DNA of 64,000 bases, from assembly GCA_905181645.1 (NCBI GenBank), contig CAJIYN010000002.1, positions 261,785 to 325,784 on the forward strand, written 5' to 3'. The notes under the pieces are model-generated. The model saw only the letters and a list, made by a program, of their open reading frames with translations. It had not been told where the DNA came from and did not search any database. Of the stretch, positions 21,113-35,653 are shown piece after piece. A program made the position numbers and the translations under genes. This DNA comes from an uncultured SAR86 cluster bacterium (GTDB lineage Bacteria; Pseudomonadota; Gammaproteobacteria; Magnimaribacterales; D2472). Numbering within the stretch: the stretch's first letter is position 1; each line of letters starts with the position of its first letter.

Positions 21113-22344
21113 ATGGATTTTAATGATTCGAAAGAGCAAGCAGAATTTAGGGCTGAATGTAGAAGTTGGTTAGAGCAAAATGCTGAACTTAAAACCGCAG
21201 CGCCTAAAGATAAAAGAGAGGGTATGGTAGGCGAGGAAGCTTTTTTAGACTCTGCTAAAGAATGGCAAAGAAAAAAGTTTGATGCTGGCTGGGCAATGCT
21301 TCATTGGCCAAAAGAATATGGCGGAATAGCAGCTTCTGCTATTGAAAGAATTATATGGGGACAAGAAGAATCAAAATTTAGTGTGCCTAGAGGTATTTAC
21401 GAAATTGGTCTTGGAATGGCTGGTCCTGTAATGATGCAATATGCATCAGAAGAACAAAAAGCTAGATATTTACCACCTATGGCAGAAGGTAAAGAAATTT
21501 GGTGCCAATTATTTTCAGAACCATCGGCTGGCTCAGATGTAGCTGGACTTAGAAGTAAAGCAGTTCAGGATGGGGATAAGTGGATAGTTAATGGTCAAAA
21601 AGTTTGGACATCTGGAGCTCAATTTTGTGACTATGGAATTTTAGTTGTTAGGCATGATGCCAATTTAGATAAACACAAGGGTTTAACTTTCTTTTTTGTA
21701 GACATGAAGTCACCGGGAATAACTGTGAAGCCGATTAAGCAGATTACCGGTCAATCTGGCAGTGGCTCTGGTTTTAATGATGTTCGTATTCCTGATACTC
21801 AAAGATTAGGTAATGAGGGTGATGGTTGGAAAGTTTCTTTAACAACGTTAATGAATGAAAGACTTGCAGTGGGAGATCCTGCAGGACTAGATTTTGATGA
21901 AATATTTGAAATAACTAGAGACTTAGAAGTCATGGAGAACCTTTGATTCAAAGTAGAGCTGTAAGAGAATCTATTGCGGACTGGTATTGTCAGGCTAATG
22001 GGCTAAAGAATACCAAGTTAAGAACAATGTCAGCACTCTCAAAAGGAGATACCCCTGGACCAGAGGCATCTATTACTAAGGTGGTTAGTGCTAATAAACT
22101 CCAAGCAATTGGTAATTTCGGAATTGATTCCCTTGATATGGCAGGAATGCTAAAAACAGATGACTCTGATGTTCATGGTTTTCAAGGAGCGTGGCTAGGA
22201 TCACCAGGATTGCGAATAGCTGGGGGCACTGATGAGATTTTAAGAAATATTATTGCTGAGAGAGTTTTAGGTTTGCCACAGGATCCAAGAGCGGATAAGG
22301 GCGTGGCATATAAAGATATACCATCAGGCACTAGTAAAGATTAA
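21113..22344 (+). CDS. acyl-CoA dehydrogenase family protein (one frameshift near 21943)
   Basis: AAAGGGG RBS-like purine run (Shine-Dalgarno). WPKEYGG, FSEPSAGSDVAGL, GQKVWTSGA, C-terminal GGTDEILRNIIAERVLGLP. Confidence 0.8.
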
Positions 22345-24040
22345 TTTCTAAATTTTGATAAGAACATAAGAAACTCTGCTGACTTACCGTTAGTATTAAT
22401 TTCTCCGGATGCAACCTTGCTTATAGGGTTATGAATTCCAGCTAAAGTTTCTTTAAATAAACTATCATTAGTCTCGATATTTAAATCGCAATCAGTTGAT
22501 GCAGATGATATTTCAGCAATTTTGTTTCTTAATGTAATAGTTTTCTTAAGACCTGAATCAAAGGCAAAGCATGCTCTATATATACCAGTTTCAACCTTTT
22601 CAGGATTTAAAGTAACAGACAGGATATTAAAAAAGTTATCCATTGATAATTGCTTTAATAGGTATGCATCACTCTTAATTATATTTTCCAATTCGAATCC
22701 TGGCTCTAGTTCAAGAGCAGAACTAAGTAAATAATTTCTCTTATTGGGATTGGGTGATCGCTGACCAATATACTCTGCAGCAATTGATCTTAATTTATTT
22801 ACGTCATTAACTTTATGATTAAGTGCTATCAGATGATCACTGAGTTGAAGCGCCCATTGCATATCTTTTGCTGTGACTGCAGCTTCAAGTTGTAAGTAGA
22901 TATTCTCAACACCTCCAACCATTAAAGCCAATCTTGAAGCTTCTTCTTTTCTTGATAAAGGATCAAGATCTGAGATATTGCCATTAAACCAACCCAAATA
23001 TCCATTAAAAATACTTTTTACAGACCACCTGATAGTTCCATAAAATTCATTAAGAAATGGGGAATCTGCAATCTCAGATGGCAACTCGATTAATTCAATA
23101 ATTTGATCAGGATACAGGCCTTGATTCATTAATCTGATTGTCTGATCATGGACATACTGAATAGCATCTCTGTAAATAGTCAGAGTTGCCATTACCTCAT
23201 CGCCCTCTAGAGGTTTAGTATGGCTTGGAAATAGAAATTCTGGATCTAAGGATCTCATGTGATCAAGGCTATTTACCCATCCCGCAACATCTCTATGAGT
23301 AGTTCCTCTTATCGTATATAAGTTAGGAAAGGTTTTATATATATTATCTCCTGGCATAAGAGATAGATGATCTGGAAGCCAGACAAAAAGCTGATCATTA
23401 GTTTCTCCAGGAGCATGGTAAAGCTCAAGATTGATACCAGCTATATTTAACAAAACCATCAATATCCATACTAGCTCTTGCTCTTCCTAATGCACGCATT
23501 GGAAATTGACCTTTTTTAAATTCAATTCCATCATTAATTAATTGCTCTTCTGTTTTGCCAACTGAAGCTACTTCAGGCCATGTGTAGATTACATTTGGAA
23601 TTAAATTATAATTTATATATAAAATGCAGTGGTCTCATGCGCAATGATCTGCGGTTTTTCTTCACTAATGCTGTCATAGTAGGCTGCACCAAATGTATGA
23701 TCGCCATGATTATGGGTATAAATAACTGCTTTGATTTATTTTTTATATTCTTAAAAAATTTATATATTTTTTCTGCCTCAACAACACTATCGGCAGCATC
23801 AATTATTATATTGCCACCCTCGCCTTCAACCATGATTGAATTAGCTATGCCGAAGCCAACAGCAATATGAATGCCATTATCGTATGAGTAAACTGTAGGA
23901 ATAAACTCTTCGCTATGTTGAACGAGTTTTTCAACTGAGGATGTATACTCAACAGGCTGGGATCTAGTGACATCATCTGAGCACGAGCTTAGTAAAAATA
24001 TTAATGGCAGGATAGAAATATAATAGAGTTTTGTATTCAT
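22341..24040 (-). CDS. alkyl/aryl-sulfatase-like MBL-fold lipoprotein (SdsA1/Bds1 type), disrupted
   Basis: Lipobox LLSSCSDD. MBL motif AVIYTHNHGDH (shifted frame). HAPGETNDQLFVWLPD...FPNLYTIRGTTHRDVAGWVNSL, and an SCP2-like C-terminus. An internal segment is replaced by foreign sequence (see 23447-23613). Confidence 0.75.
23447..23613 (-). other. fragment of a dihydrolipoyl dehydrogenase (lpd) gene embedded in the sulfatase gene
   Basis: Translates as NYNLIPNVIYTWPEVASVGKTEEQLINDGIEFKKGQFPMRALGRARASMDIDGFVK. This is the conserved interface-domain block of Lpd (..IP.VIYT.PE.A.VGKTE..L...G......FPF.A..RA......GFVK). Confidence 0.8.
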
Positions 24041-24115
24041 ATTTTTTTAAAAGAGTTAAAAATTATTATAGAACATTGTATAAAATAATTAATAGTAGAA
24101 TGCTAAAGATAAATA

Positions 24116-25899
24116 ATGAATAAATTACATCCTCTTAAAATAAATTCTAGAAAGTTGAGCTGGGAAGATAATCAGCCGCATAGTCTTGATTACGATGACA
24201 GGTTTTTTCAAGCAAATGTTATAGATGAAACTCAAGAGGTCTTTATCACAGCAAATAATCTTAAAGATAGATGGCAAAACCTAGAAAAAGATAATTTTAA
24301 GATAGCGGAACTTGGCTTTGGCTTTGGCTTAAATTTTCTAATTACAGCAAAATTTTGGCATGAGCATAATTTAAATAATAAAAAATGGTTGGATTATGTT
24401 TCCATTGATTGCTTTTCATTAAATATTGAAGACTTTAAAAAAATTGTTAAAAACTATCCGCTGCTTAAAGAGTATGGTGATGAGTTGGTCCTAAATTTTC
24501 CTATTGAATGTAATGGCTTTACTAGAATAGATTTTCCTAAATTTAAAATTAGGTTAACTCTTATCATAAATAATGTTGATGATGCCTTGGTCTCATTAGT
24601 CGGAAATGATAATAATAAATTTGATGCCTGGTATTTTGATGGTTTTGATCCTAGTAAAAATATATCCATGTGGTCACCAAATGTATTTAGTAACATTAAT
24701 TTACTTAGCAAAGAAAATACAACTTTTGGAACATACACTGCTGCTGGCTTTGTAAGAAGAGGTCTAGAAGAAAATAACTTTAATGTAAGTAAAGTTAAAG
24801 GTTTTGGTAATAAGAGGCATAGATTGCAAGGAGTTTTTTCCAAAAAGGACAAGACAACACAATTAGAACTCACACCTAAAAAAGTAGCTATTATAGGAGC
24901 AGGACCAGCGGGAATAGCTTGTGCTTACAAGCTAGCAAATCAAGATATCAGTGTTGATATTTTTGATAAAAAAAAGGATTTAAATTTAAATCCATGGGCT
25001 GCTATGTATCCTAAGTTTTCACTAGGACTAGACCCTAGAAGTGATTTATTGGTTCAAGGTTACCTTTACGCTCATAGATTTTATACAAAAGTACTGAGTG
25101 GATATAAAAATACAGGTATTTTATTTTTAAATAATGGTGAGGATAGAGATTCTTGGATTAAAAGAATTTTAAAGCTTGATAGGGATGATCTTTTCGTAAA
25201 ATTAACTGCAGACGAAATAAATACTCAAAATAAAGTTAGTCAAGATTACGATGGGATCAAGATAAATATAGTAATTCACAATCACTTAAATTATTATAAT
25301 CTACAACATTTTCTAATATAAACTTCATATCTGAAAGTGGCGCTTGATAATTCAATTGGATTTACAAGTGAATATACTGTTAATGGTAAAACTTTTAATG
25401 GTATGAATTTATATGTATGTGGAATTCTTTAAAATCAGCCATACCCAATATTAGACTGAAGCATGGAGCTATAGCTGGCTTTGACAATAAACTTCTTAAA
25501 AATATTCAATACCCAATTAACAATAATGGCTATGTGCTACCAGAATGTAATGGCATTAATTGGGCTGGTTCCATATATAGCAATGATGAGATGAATACTG
25601 GGGATTCAATTAATTATCAAAATATAATTGAAAAAAATAATCATCTTTTAATTGATGAAGATATCTCTCATATTAAATCTAGATGGATTGGAACAAGAGC
25701 TTCTCTTCCAGATTATCTGCCTGTAGTTGGACCAATCGATCAGGATAAAGTTTTTGTGTTAGGCGGCCTTGGGTCAAGAGGTTTAAGTCTAGCTCCCTTG
25801 TTAGCTGAAACAATCATGAATGATATATGTAATATACCAAGCCCTATCAGCCAAGAAGTTAAAGAGGCTATAAGCCCCTTAAGATTTAATGATGATTAA
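24116..25899 (+). CDS. mnmC: bifunctional tRNA (mnm5s2U34) methyltransferase / FAD-dependent cmnm5s2U34 oxidoreductase (frameshifts 25260-25420)
   Basis: ELGFGFGLNFL and DAWYFDGFDPSKNISMW (methyltransferase half); VAIIGAGPAGIACAY and GLGSRGLSLAPLLAE (FAD half). Confidence 0.85.
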
Positions 25900-26415
25900 C
25901 CAGAAGATTTTCTATCAATAACTCTGCTGAAGGCATATCTACTGGAGCAAAACTTGATCCCTTTCTCCATTTTGTTAAACCAGTCCATAAAGTTTTTTGG
26001 CACTAATATCTTTTATATTTACTCTTAAGATAAATTGCTCAGTGGTTTCAAGCTCATTTAGATTCCAAGCATCATAACCATACATGTATGCATTATCTGC
26101 TCAGGTCTTCCTAAAACTATTAACTGAGAATCAGCAACCAACTTTATATTTGCTTCTGGATTTATAAGATACTCTTTATCTGGATTTCTAAAACCAATAA
26201 CTGTTTAACTTTTCAAATTTAATAGGATTTACTTCAGCACTTAAATTAGATTGGTTCATATTTAATGAGAATTCGTTATAATCTGCCAAGTTGAAACTTT
26301 CAAGAGAATCAGTTTCAAAATCATAAGTATTTAGATTTAAAGCACAACTTTGAATAAAGACTAAGCTTATAATTATTGAAGTTTTTTTGAATTGTTTTAT
26401 TTTATTATTAATCAT
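25886..26415 (-). CDS. lipoprotein of unknown function (3 frameshifts)
   Basis: Signal plus lipobox IIISLVFIQSC. Four consecutive open frame segments run down to a stop at 25886-25888, overlapping the mnmC 3' end. Confidence 0.45.
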
Positions 26416-26449
26416 TTCTTTATTTTAAAGAAAAAAACATATTTAGCCA

Positions 26450-29262
26450 ATGTTCAAATTAGAAGAAAAAAAGTTTATCCCTTTATTAAATCTCGAAGCT
26501 CAGGTTTTTACTGAAAATGAGTTTAATTGCCAACATATTCATTTAGCATCTGAGTCTACTGAAAATGTTTTTATGGTTGCATTTAGAACAGTCCCTCAGG
26601 ATTCTAAGGGTATTGCACATATTCTCGAACATACGGCCTTGTGCGGAAGTGAGAAGTTTCCAGTAAGGGACCCTTTTTTCATGATGATAAGACGTTCTTT
26701 AAACTCATTTATGAATGCTTTTACCTCAAGTGATTGGACGGCTTATCCATTTGCAACTCAAAATAATAAAGATTTTCAGAATTTACTTGATGTTTATGTA
26801 GATTCAGCTTTTTTTCCTAAATTAGATCCATTGGATTTCTCTCAGGAAGGTCACAGACTCGAATTTGCAGAAAAACTCGAAATAAAAGGTGTTGTTTACA
26901 ACGAAATGAAAGGTGCTATGAGCTCAATACCTAGTCAGCTTTGGCATGGTCTTTCTAAATACCTATATCCAGACTCAACATATCAATTTAATAGTGGCGG
27001 TAATCCAGAAAATATTCTTGAGTTAAGTCATGAAGAGTTAGTAAATTTTCATAAAAAACATTACCACCCTTCCAATGCAACTTTTTTTACATTTGGTAAT
27101 CAATCATGTAGTAATATAAATCCTCCTTCATTTAAATGTTTTAAAGAATTTTGAATATCAATATCTACTTGAGTTGTTTCGTGTAACCCATCTATAAAAA
27201 TTACATCATATTTTTTATTTTGTATTTTTTCTAATGCAAAAAACTCATTCGATGTCATTTCATAATTTATTTCAGGACACCTAACATTTACTTCAACTAC
27301 TGGATCAACTGCATCACCATTAAGGAAAGCTCTAGAAAGTTCTGAATTGGGCATAGCGCCCTCTCCTTTAACTGGATTAGAGACAAGCCATAAAGAAATT
27401 GTATTTGCTGCTGGTCTTGAAGGGGTGTCTGCTGGCAATCAAACTGAGGTTGAGAATTTAATTCTCAATACATTAAATGATCTCATGGAAAATGGGGTTT
27501 CAAAGGATGTTATAGATTCTTCAGTTCATCAATTGGAGATTAAGCAAAGAGAAGTTTCAGGAAGTGGAATGCCATATGGTTTAGAGTTAATGCTAGGCTG
27601 TCTTCCTGCATGCATTCATAGAGATGATCCGCTTGAGATTCTAGATTTAGATAAAAGTTTTACTCAGCTAAAAGAAAATCTAAAGACTGAAAGGTATCTT
27701 GAAAAATTTAATTGAAAAACATCTTATTAATAATCCTCATAGAGTAAATTATGAATTAAAGCCAGAAATTGGTTTAAATGAAAAGAAGGAAGAAGAAATT
27801 AAAAATTTTCATGAATCAAGAAACATGTATTTAAGTGCTATTGAAAAAGATGAAATTAATACACTCGCAAAAGATCTCAAGAACAGACAGGATGCAAAAG
27901 ATGATCCTGGAATTCTTCCGCAAGTTACCGTTGCAGATATACCTTTAACTAGAAAATTTCCAACGGCTATCCTGAATGATGTAACTGAAAAGAATAGAGA
28001 CTTTTATTACAAAACTGGAACAAATGGAATTGTTTATCATTCACTAATATATCCGTGTGAAGATCTAAATCTGGATCAATTAAGTGCTACTCACACTTAC
28101 TCTGACCTGTTAACGGATCTTGGATTAGGCAATAAGTCATTTGAAGAAATTCAAAAATGTCAGGCATCTATAACTGGTGGCATTGGTGCATCATTTATTT
28201 TACTTCCTGGTAATGAAGCTGAAACAAGAAAAATGGGTCTAAAGATAACAAGCAGTAGTCTGGAAAAAAATGCAGAAGCTATGCAGGAACTTATGATGGA
28301 AACTGTAAGTAATGCTAATTTTGCTAATCCAAAAAGAGTAAAAGAAATTATTGAATTTAGTTCTGCAGACGCTGAAAAATCTCTAACCCAAGGTGGTCAT
28401 AGCTTAGCAATGAGCAGCGCTGCTGCTCAAATTAGCAAAAGAGCTGCTACTAATGAGCTTACATCAGGCCTTACCTTCGTAAATAGTCTTAAATCACTTA
28501 AGGATTCCGTTAGTGATGATGCTAATCTTAATAGATATATTGATTCCCTAATTGATATACAAAATAAAATTTCAAGCACTCCTATGTATTCATTTACAGC
28601 CTCCTCCTTGGAGCAAAAAGGGCTAAATTTAGGCATACCAAGCTTTATGTCAGAGATGCAGTTTGATAATCAAGTATTAGCCCCTACTCAGCAAAGAGAG
28701 CTTGGGTGGATAACTGGATCACAGGTATGCTTCTGCGCAGAGGCATTTCCAACCGTAAATGGCTCTCATCCAGATGCTCCAATATTGAGTGTATTAGCAA
28801 CAGTTTTAAGGAATGGATACTTACATTCTGCAATTCGTGAAAAAGGTGGTGCTTATGGAGCTGGAGCTTCTCATGATAGCAAATCACAAGTTTTTCTTTT
28901 CTACTCTTATAGAGACCCTAAATGCAAAGAAACTTTTGCTGAATTTTCTAATTCAAGAGAATGGGCTCTTGAAAATATTTCAAGCGCTCAGCTTGAAGAA
29001 GGTATTTTAGGCGTTATTTCTAGTATTGATAAGCCTATGTCACCTGCAGGAGAAGCAGGCAATGATTTCTTAAATTTAATTCAAGATAAATCTCAAGATG
29101 AACGTTTAGAATTTAGAGCTAGGGTTAAAGAATGTTCGCTAAGTGACTTAAAAAAATATGGCTGCAAAATATTTTAATACTGATCCTAAAAGAGCAGTCT
29201 TGGCAGGTGAAGGTTTCCAGAAAATCTTAGAAGAAGAAGGATTTGAAATTAAAGTAATTTAA
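26450..29262 (+). CDS. M16C zinc metalloprotease (PreP/falcilysin-like), disrupted
   Basis: HxxEH = IAHILEHTALCGS. YNEMKG, HYHPSN, ..ASPLRKALESSELG.., GLEGVS, C-terminal GGAYGAGASHD. Frameshifts at about 27700 and 29165, plus a foreign inverted insert at 27101-27290. Confidence 0.8.
27101..27290 (-). other. inverted fragment of a class I SAM-dependent methyltransferase gene inside the PreP-like gene
   Basis: Minus strand reads ..INYEMTSNEFFALEKIQNKKYDVIFIDGLHETTQVDIDIQNSLKHLNEGGFILLHD, the post-motif-II region of Methyltransf_24/CmcI-like enzymes. The flanks on both sides are PreP on the plus strand. Confidence 0.7.
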
Positions 29263-31984
<2,722 letters not shown>

Positions 31985-32030
31985 AATATATCTCTGAAAA
32001 AACTTGTTTTTAAAGTTGAAAAAACGTACT

Positions 32031-32605
32031 TTATCTGATATGGGAGATCATTTGTTTAGTTAAAGGGAGTCTGTTTCCGTCACAAATGCTCGCATGGAAG
32101 TTTTCACTAAACTGTGTTGCAAAATCTAACATTAAATTAACTGTAAGAATGGCATCATCAACATCATTAAGATCAGCCACAAGCAAAATAGCATGGGAAC
32201 TAGTGTCTGTATCAAAAGTTCCCGGCTTGAGTGCATTAGCTACTCTAAAAATCTCTTTGTTATTATTTGTATAAGAAAAATATCCATTACGAAGTTTCGC
32301 ATTATAGTTCGCTAAAAATCCAAATAGTTGGTCCATCGCATACAAAGAACCATCCATCGAAATTAGATTAAAGACAATCAACTCTTGCTCATAATCCTGA
32401 GAATCTTTAGATTTTTCTGAGAAATTAAAAGATGATTGAGAGCGACGTTCAGCCTCACTTTAAATCTTTTAAATCATCAGGAATTTCTTCAATTTTAACT
32501 TTTAAATCATTTAAAGCTAGCAATTTTTTTAAGAAAAAAGAAAGTAATAACTAAAAATAGTATGATCGAAAGACCAATTAAGTATATATCTGAATTCGCC
32601 TGCAT
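32031..32605 (-). CDS. zipA: cell division protein ZipA (short, frameshifted)
   Basis: N-terminal TM MQANSDIYLIGLSIILFLVITFFF. C-terminal FtsZ-binding domain-like ORF 32031-32381. Conserved smc-zipA-ligA order. Confidence 0.7.
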
Positions 32606-35582
32606 TTAATCTGAATTAGCTAACTCAAGTGCTTCATTAACATCGACTGAAACGAGTCTTGAAACGCCTGCTTCTTGCATAGTAATACCCATAAGATGAT
32701 CGCTTGCTTCCATCGATATTTTATTATGGGTAATAAAAATAAATTGAACTCTATCCGACATTTCCTCAACCAAGTTACAAAATCTTGTTACATTAGCATC
32801 ATCTAGCGGAGCATCAACCTCATCAACATACAAAATGGTGCTGGATTCAATTTAAAGATCGCAAACACCATGGCAATCGCGTTAAAGCCTTCTCTCCACC
32901 TGATAGTTGTGAGATAGATGCATTCTTTTTACCTGGCGGTCTTGCCATCAGAACAACACCACCATTTAAAGTGTCGTCATCTTGAAGGGTTAATTCAGCA
33001 AATCCACCTCCAAAAAGAATTGGAAAAACTTCTTTTAATCTGTTATTGACTGCATCAAAGCTATCTTTAAATCTTGATTTTGTTTCAACATCAATTTTCT
33101 TAATAGCTCCAGTTAGCTTATCCAATGCTTCGGTAAGTTCATTGTATTGCTCTTCTAATTTCTTACCTCTTATAGATTCTTCTGCAATCTCGTCAGGAGC
33201 AGCAAGATTAATTGCGCCAAGTCTAATAATTTTAGCCTGAATATCTGTAAGTTGATCTTCGATATCTTTAATAACAAAATCTTCATAATCTTCATAATTT
33301 ATATCTTCTATATTGATTCCAGATTTCTTTATTCTTGCATTAGCATTTTCTAAATTAATCTCATAGGTCTTAAGTTCTAGTTTTATATTGGTAACTTTTT
33401 CAGAAATAGCTCTTAGGTCTAATTCAGCAATGGATCTTTTATTTTCAAGATCTCGAAGCTCTTGATCAACTTTAGATTGCTCTTGTCTAATATTTACAAG
33501 CACTCCTTCGGCAGAAGAGCTTTTTTGCACAAGCTCAGCAATACTTTGCTCTAATTTTTGTTTTTTACTTTCAGTTTCAGTAATTATTTTAGATAGATCA
33601 TTTTGTCTTGTTAAATATTCATCAGGTGAAGCAAGGTTAATAGAGCCTAGAGCTGAAATACTTTCCTGAATTTTTTCTAACGAACCTTCTAGCTCTAATA
33701 AATTCATATCTTTAAACTCAGAGGAGTTAAGCTCAGCTGGATTAATTCCTTCTTTAGTTAAGGCGTGAGAGGCATTCTCTAGATTTACTTCAAAAGTCCT
33801 TAATTCTAGCTTTAATGCATTTATTTGTGCTTCAAGAGTCCTTAAGTCAGCTGCTGCAACAGAGCGCTTATTTTCCATTTCTCTTATAAGATCATCTGCT
33901 TGTGTTCGCTTGCCTCTAAATTCCTCTAACTCAATCTCAATAGTTGATTTGCTTTGAACTAATTCACCTAACTCTCTTTCGGTTATAGACTTTTTCTCAG
34001 CATTATCTTTAAGAAGTTCAGATAAGCTATTTTGTCTATTAAGGTACTCATCAGTTAGAGATTTAGATTGAGCTGAAGCAATATTTAATATTTGAGTTAA
34101 TTGATCTTTTAACTCAATAGCTTTTTGATAGACTCCATCACTTCCAGAACCCATAGCTTTGAGCGTATCAATAATCATATCTAATAAATTAATAGCTTTT
34201 TCTTTAGGACTTAAATTATCAATATTAGCTTCTTCTTCTAGTGCGTTTGCATAACTCTTTTTAGCCTTCTCAAGATCTATTTTGCTTTGAACCTCAATCT
34301 TATTTATATTTCTAAGATCAGCTTCATGCATGGCTATATTTGAACTAATTGAAGATGCGGAAGATCTGGCTGCCTCAAATCCGGATGCAACTGAAGCATA
34401 GCTTTCTTTTACTTCTGTTAATCTTGATTGCTGCAAATCAAGCTCAGCGGTTTTTTCTGCAATACCTAACTCTAGTGGTGATATTTTTAAATTAAGTTCT
34501 GCTTTTTTATCTAAAGCTTCTAATGCTTTTAAAATAGATATATTTAACTTTAATTCTTTAATATATTTTTTTGATTCAAAAGTTGATTCTTTTTCTATAG
34601 CTTTTGCATAACTCTCTTTAGCTCTTTCTATATCTGATTTGCTTTGAATAAGTGTCTTAGTTTCATTTTGAAGGTCGGCTTCTTGCCTAGCTATATCTGC
34701 TCCTACTGCATAAAAGTTCTTTTGAGCTTCGTCATAAGATGCCCTTACAGACTCATGTTCAGTTCTATATTTATCTATCTGTGATTGCTTGGTATTAGCT
34801 TCTGCATCCTTAATAGTTTGATCTCTAAGAGTTACATCTAATTTTTTCTGCAATGCATCTCTATTGTTTTTAGCTTCAAGGGAAAATAATATAGCTACTT
34901 TTAATTCATTTTCTTTTTCTTCAGCTTTGAGTTGATTATATTTTTCTGCAGCTTTTGCTTGCCCTTCTAGACGACATCAGCAATGACACGCTTTCGTCCT
35001 TACTCGAGATAAGTTTTCTTTAGTTTTCTTAATTCTGCTCTCAGTCTCTCTTCGTCTTTCTCTATATTTAGATACTCCAGCAGCTTCTTCAATATGCGCT
35101 CTTAACTCTTCAGGTTTTGCACTTACTAAATTTGAAACCATACCTTGTTCAATAATGGCATAGCTATTAGGTCCTAAGCCAGTTCCAAGAAACAAATCCT
35201 GAACATCCTTACGTCGACACTTAGTGCTATTTATAAAATATGTTGACTGACCATCTCTAGTCATAACCCTTTTAATGGATATCTCATTAAAAGAAGCATA
35301 TTCACCACCAATCTTTCCACTTGAATTATCAAATAGAAGCTCAATACTACATTGACCAGAAGCCTTTCTATTTTCTGAACCATTGAAGATGACATCTGAC
35401 ATAGAGTCGCCTCTAAGGTTCTTAGCAGATAGCTCTCCGAGGACCCATTTAACAGCATCAATTACATTAGATTTTCCACAACCATTTGGACCAACAACAG
35501 CCACTAAATTTGTAGGAAAAGAGATCCTCGTGCTGTCCACGAAGCTTTTGAAACCAGCCAGTTTAATATGTTTAAGCTGCAT
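32606..35582 (-). CDS. smc: chromosome segregation protein SMC (3 frame segments; no recognisable hinge)
   Basis: Walker [10 protein letters not shown], signature LSGGEKALT, Walker B/D-loop [11 protein letters not shown], and about 650 aa of coiled coil in between. Confidence 0.85.
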
Positions 35583-35653
35583 TGATATGAAAAATTTATT
35601 AAGGTTTATATTAAACTATTGTGAGTTTACAAACCAATCTTTTTCACTAATTT

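Noticed and set aside
26060-26170. Stretch VIGFRNPDKEYLINPEANIKLVADSQLIVLG in the unknown lipoprotein resembles an RCK/TrkA-C domain; considered as a fourth foreign patch
   Set aside because: It is only about 35 residues of generic beta-strand pattern, and the family of the flanking sequence is unknown, so no junction can be demonstrated. This is not enough evidence for a chimera.
27100-27438. 112-aa minus-strand ORF that looks like a methyltransferase gene overlapping the PreP-like gene
   Set aside because: Only its last 60-65 residues or so are methyltransferase-like. The first 45 or so are merely the antisense translation of conserved PreP sequence (ASPLRKALESS region). It is a trapped gene fragment, not a gene.
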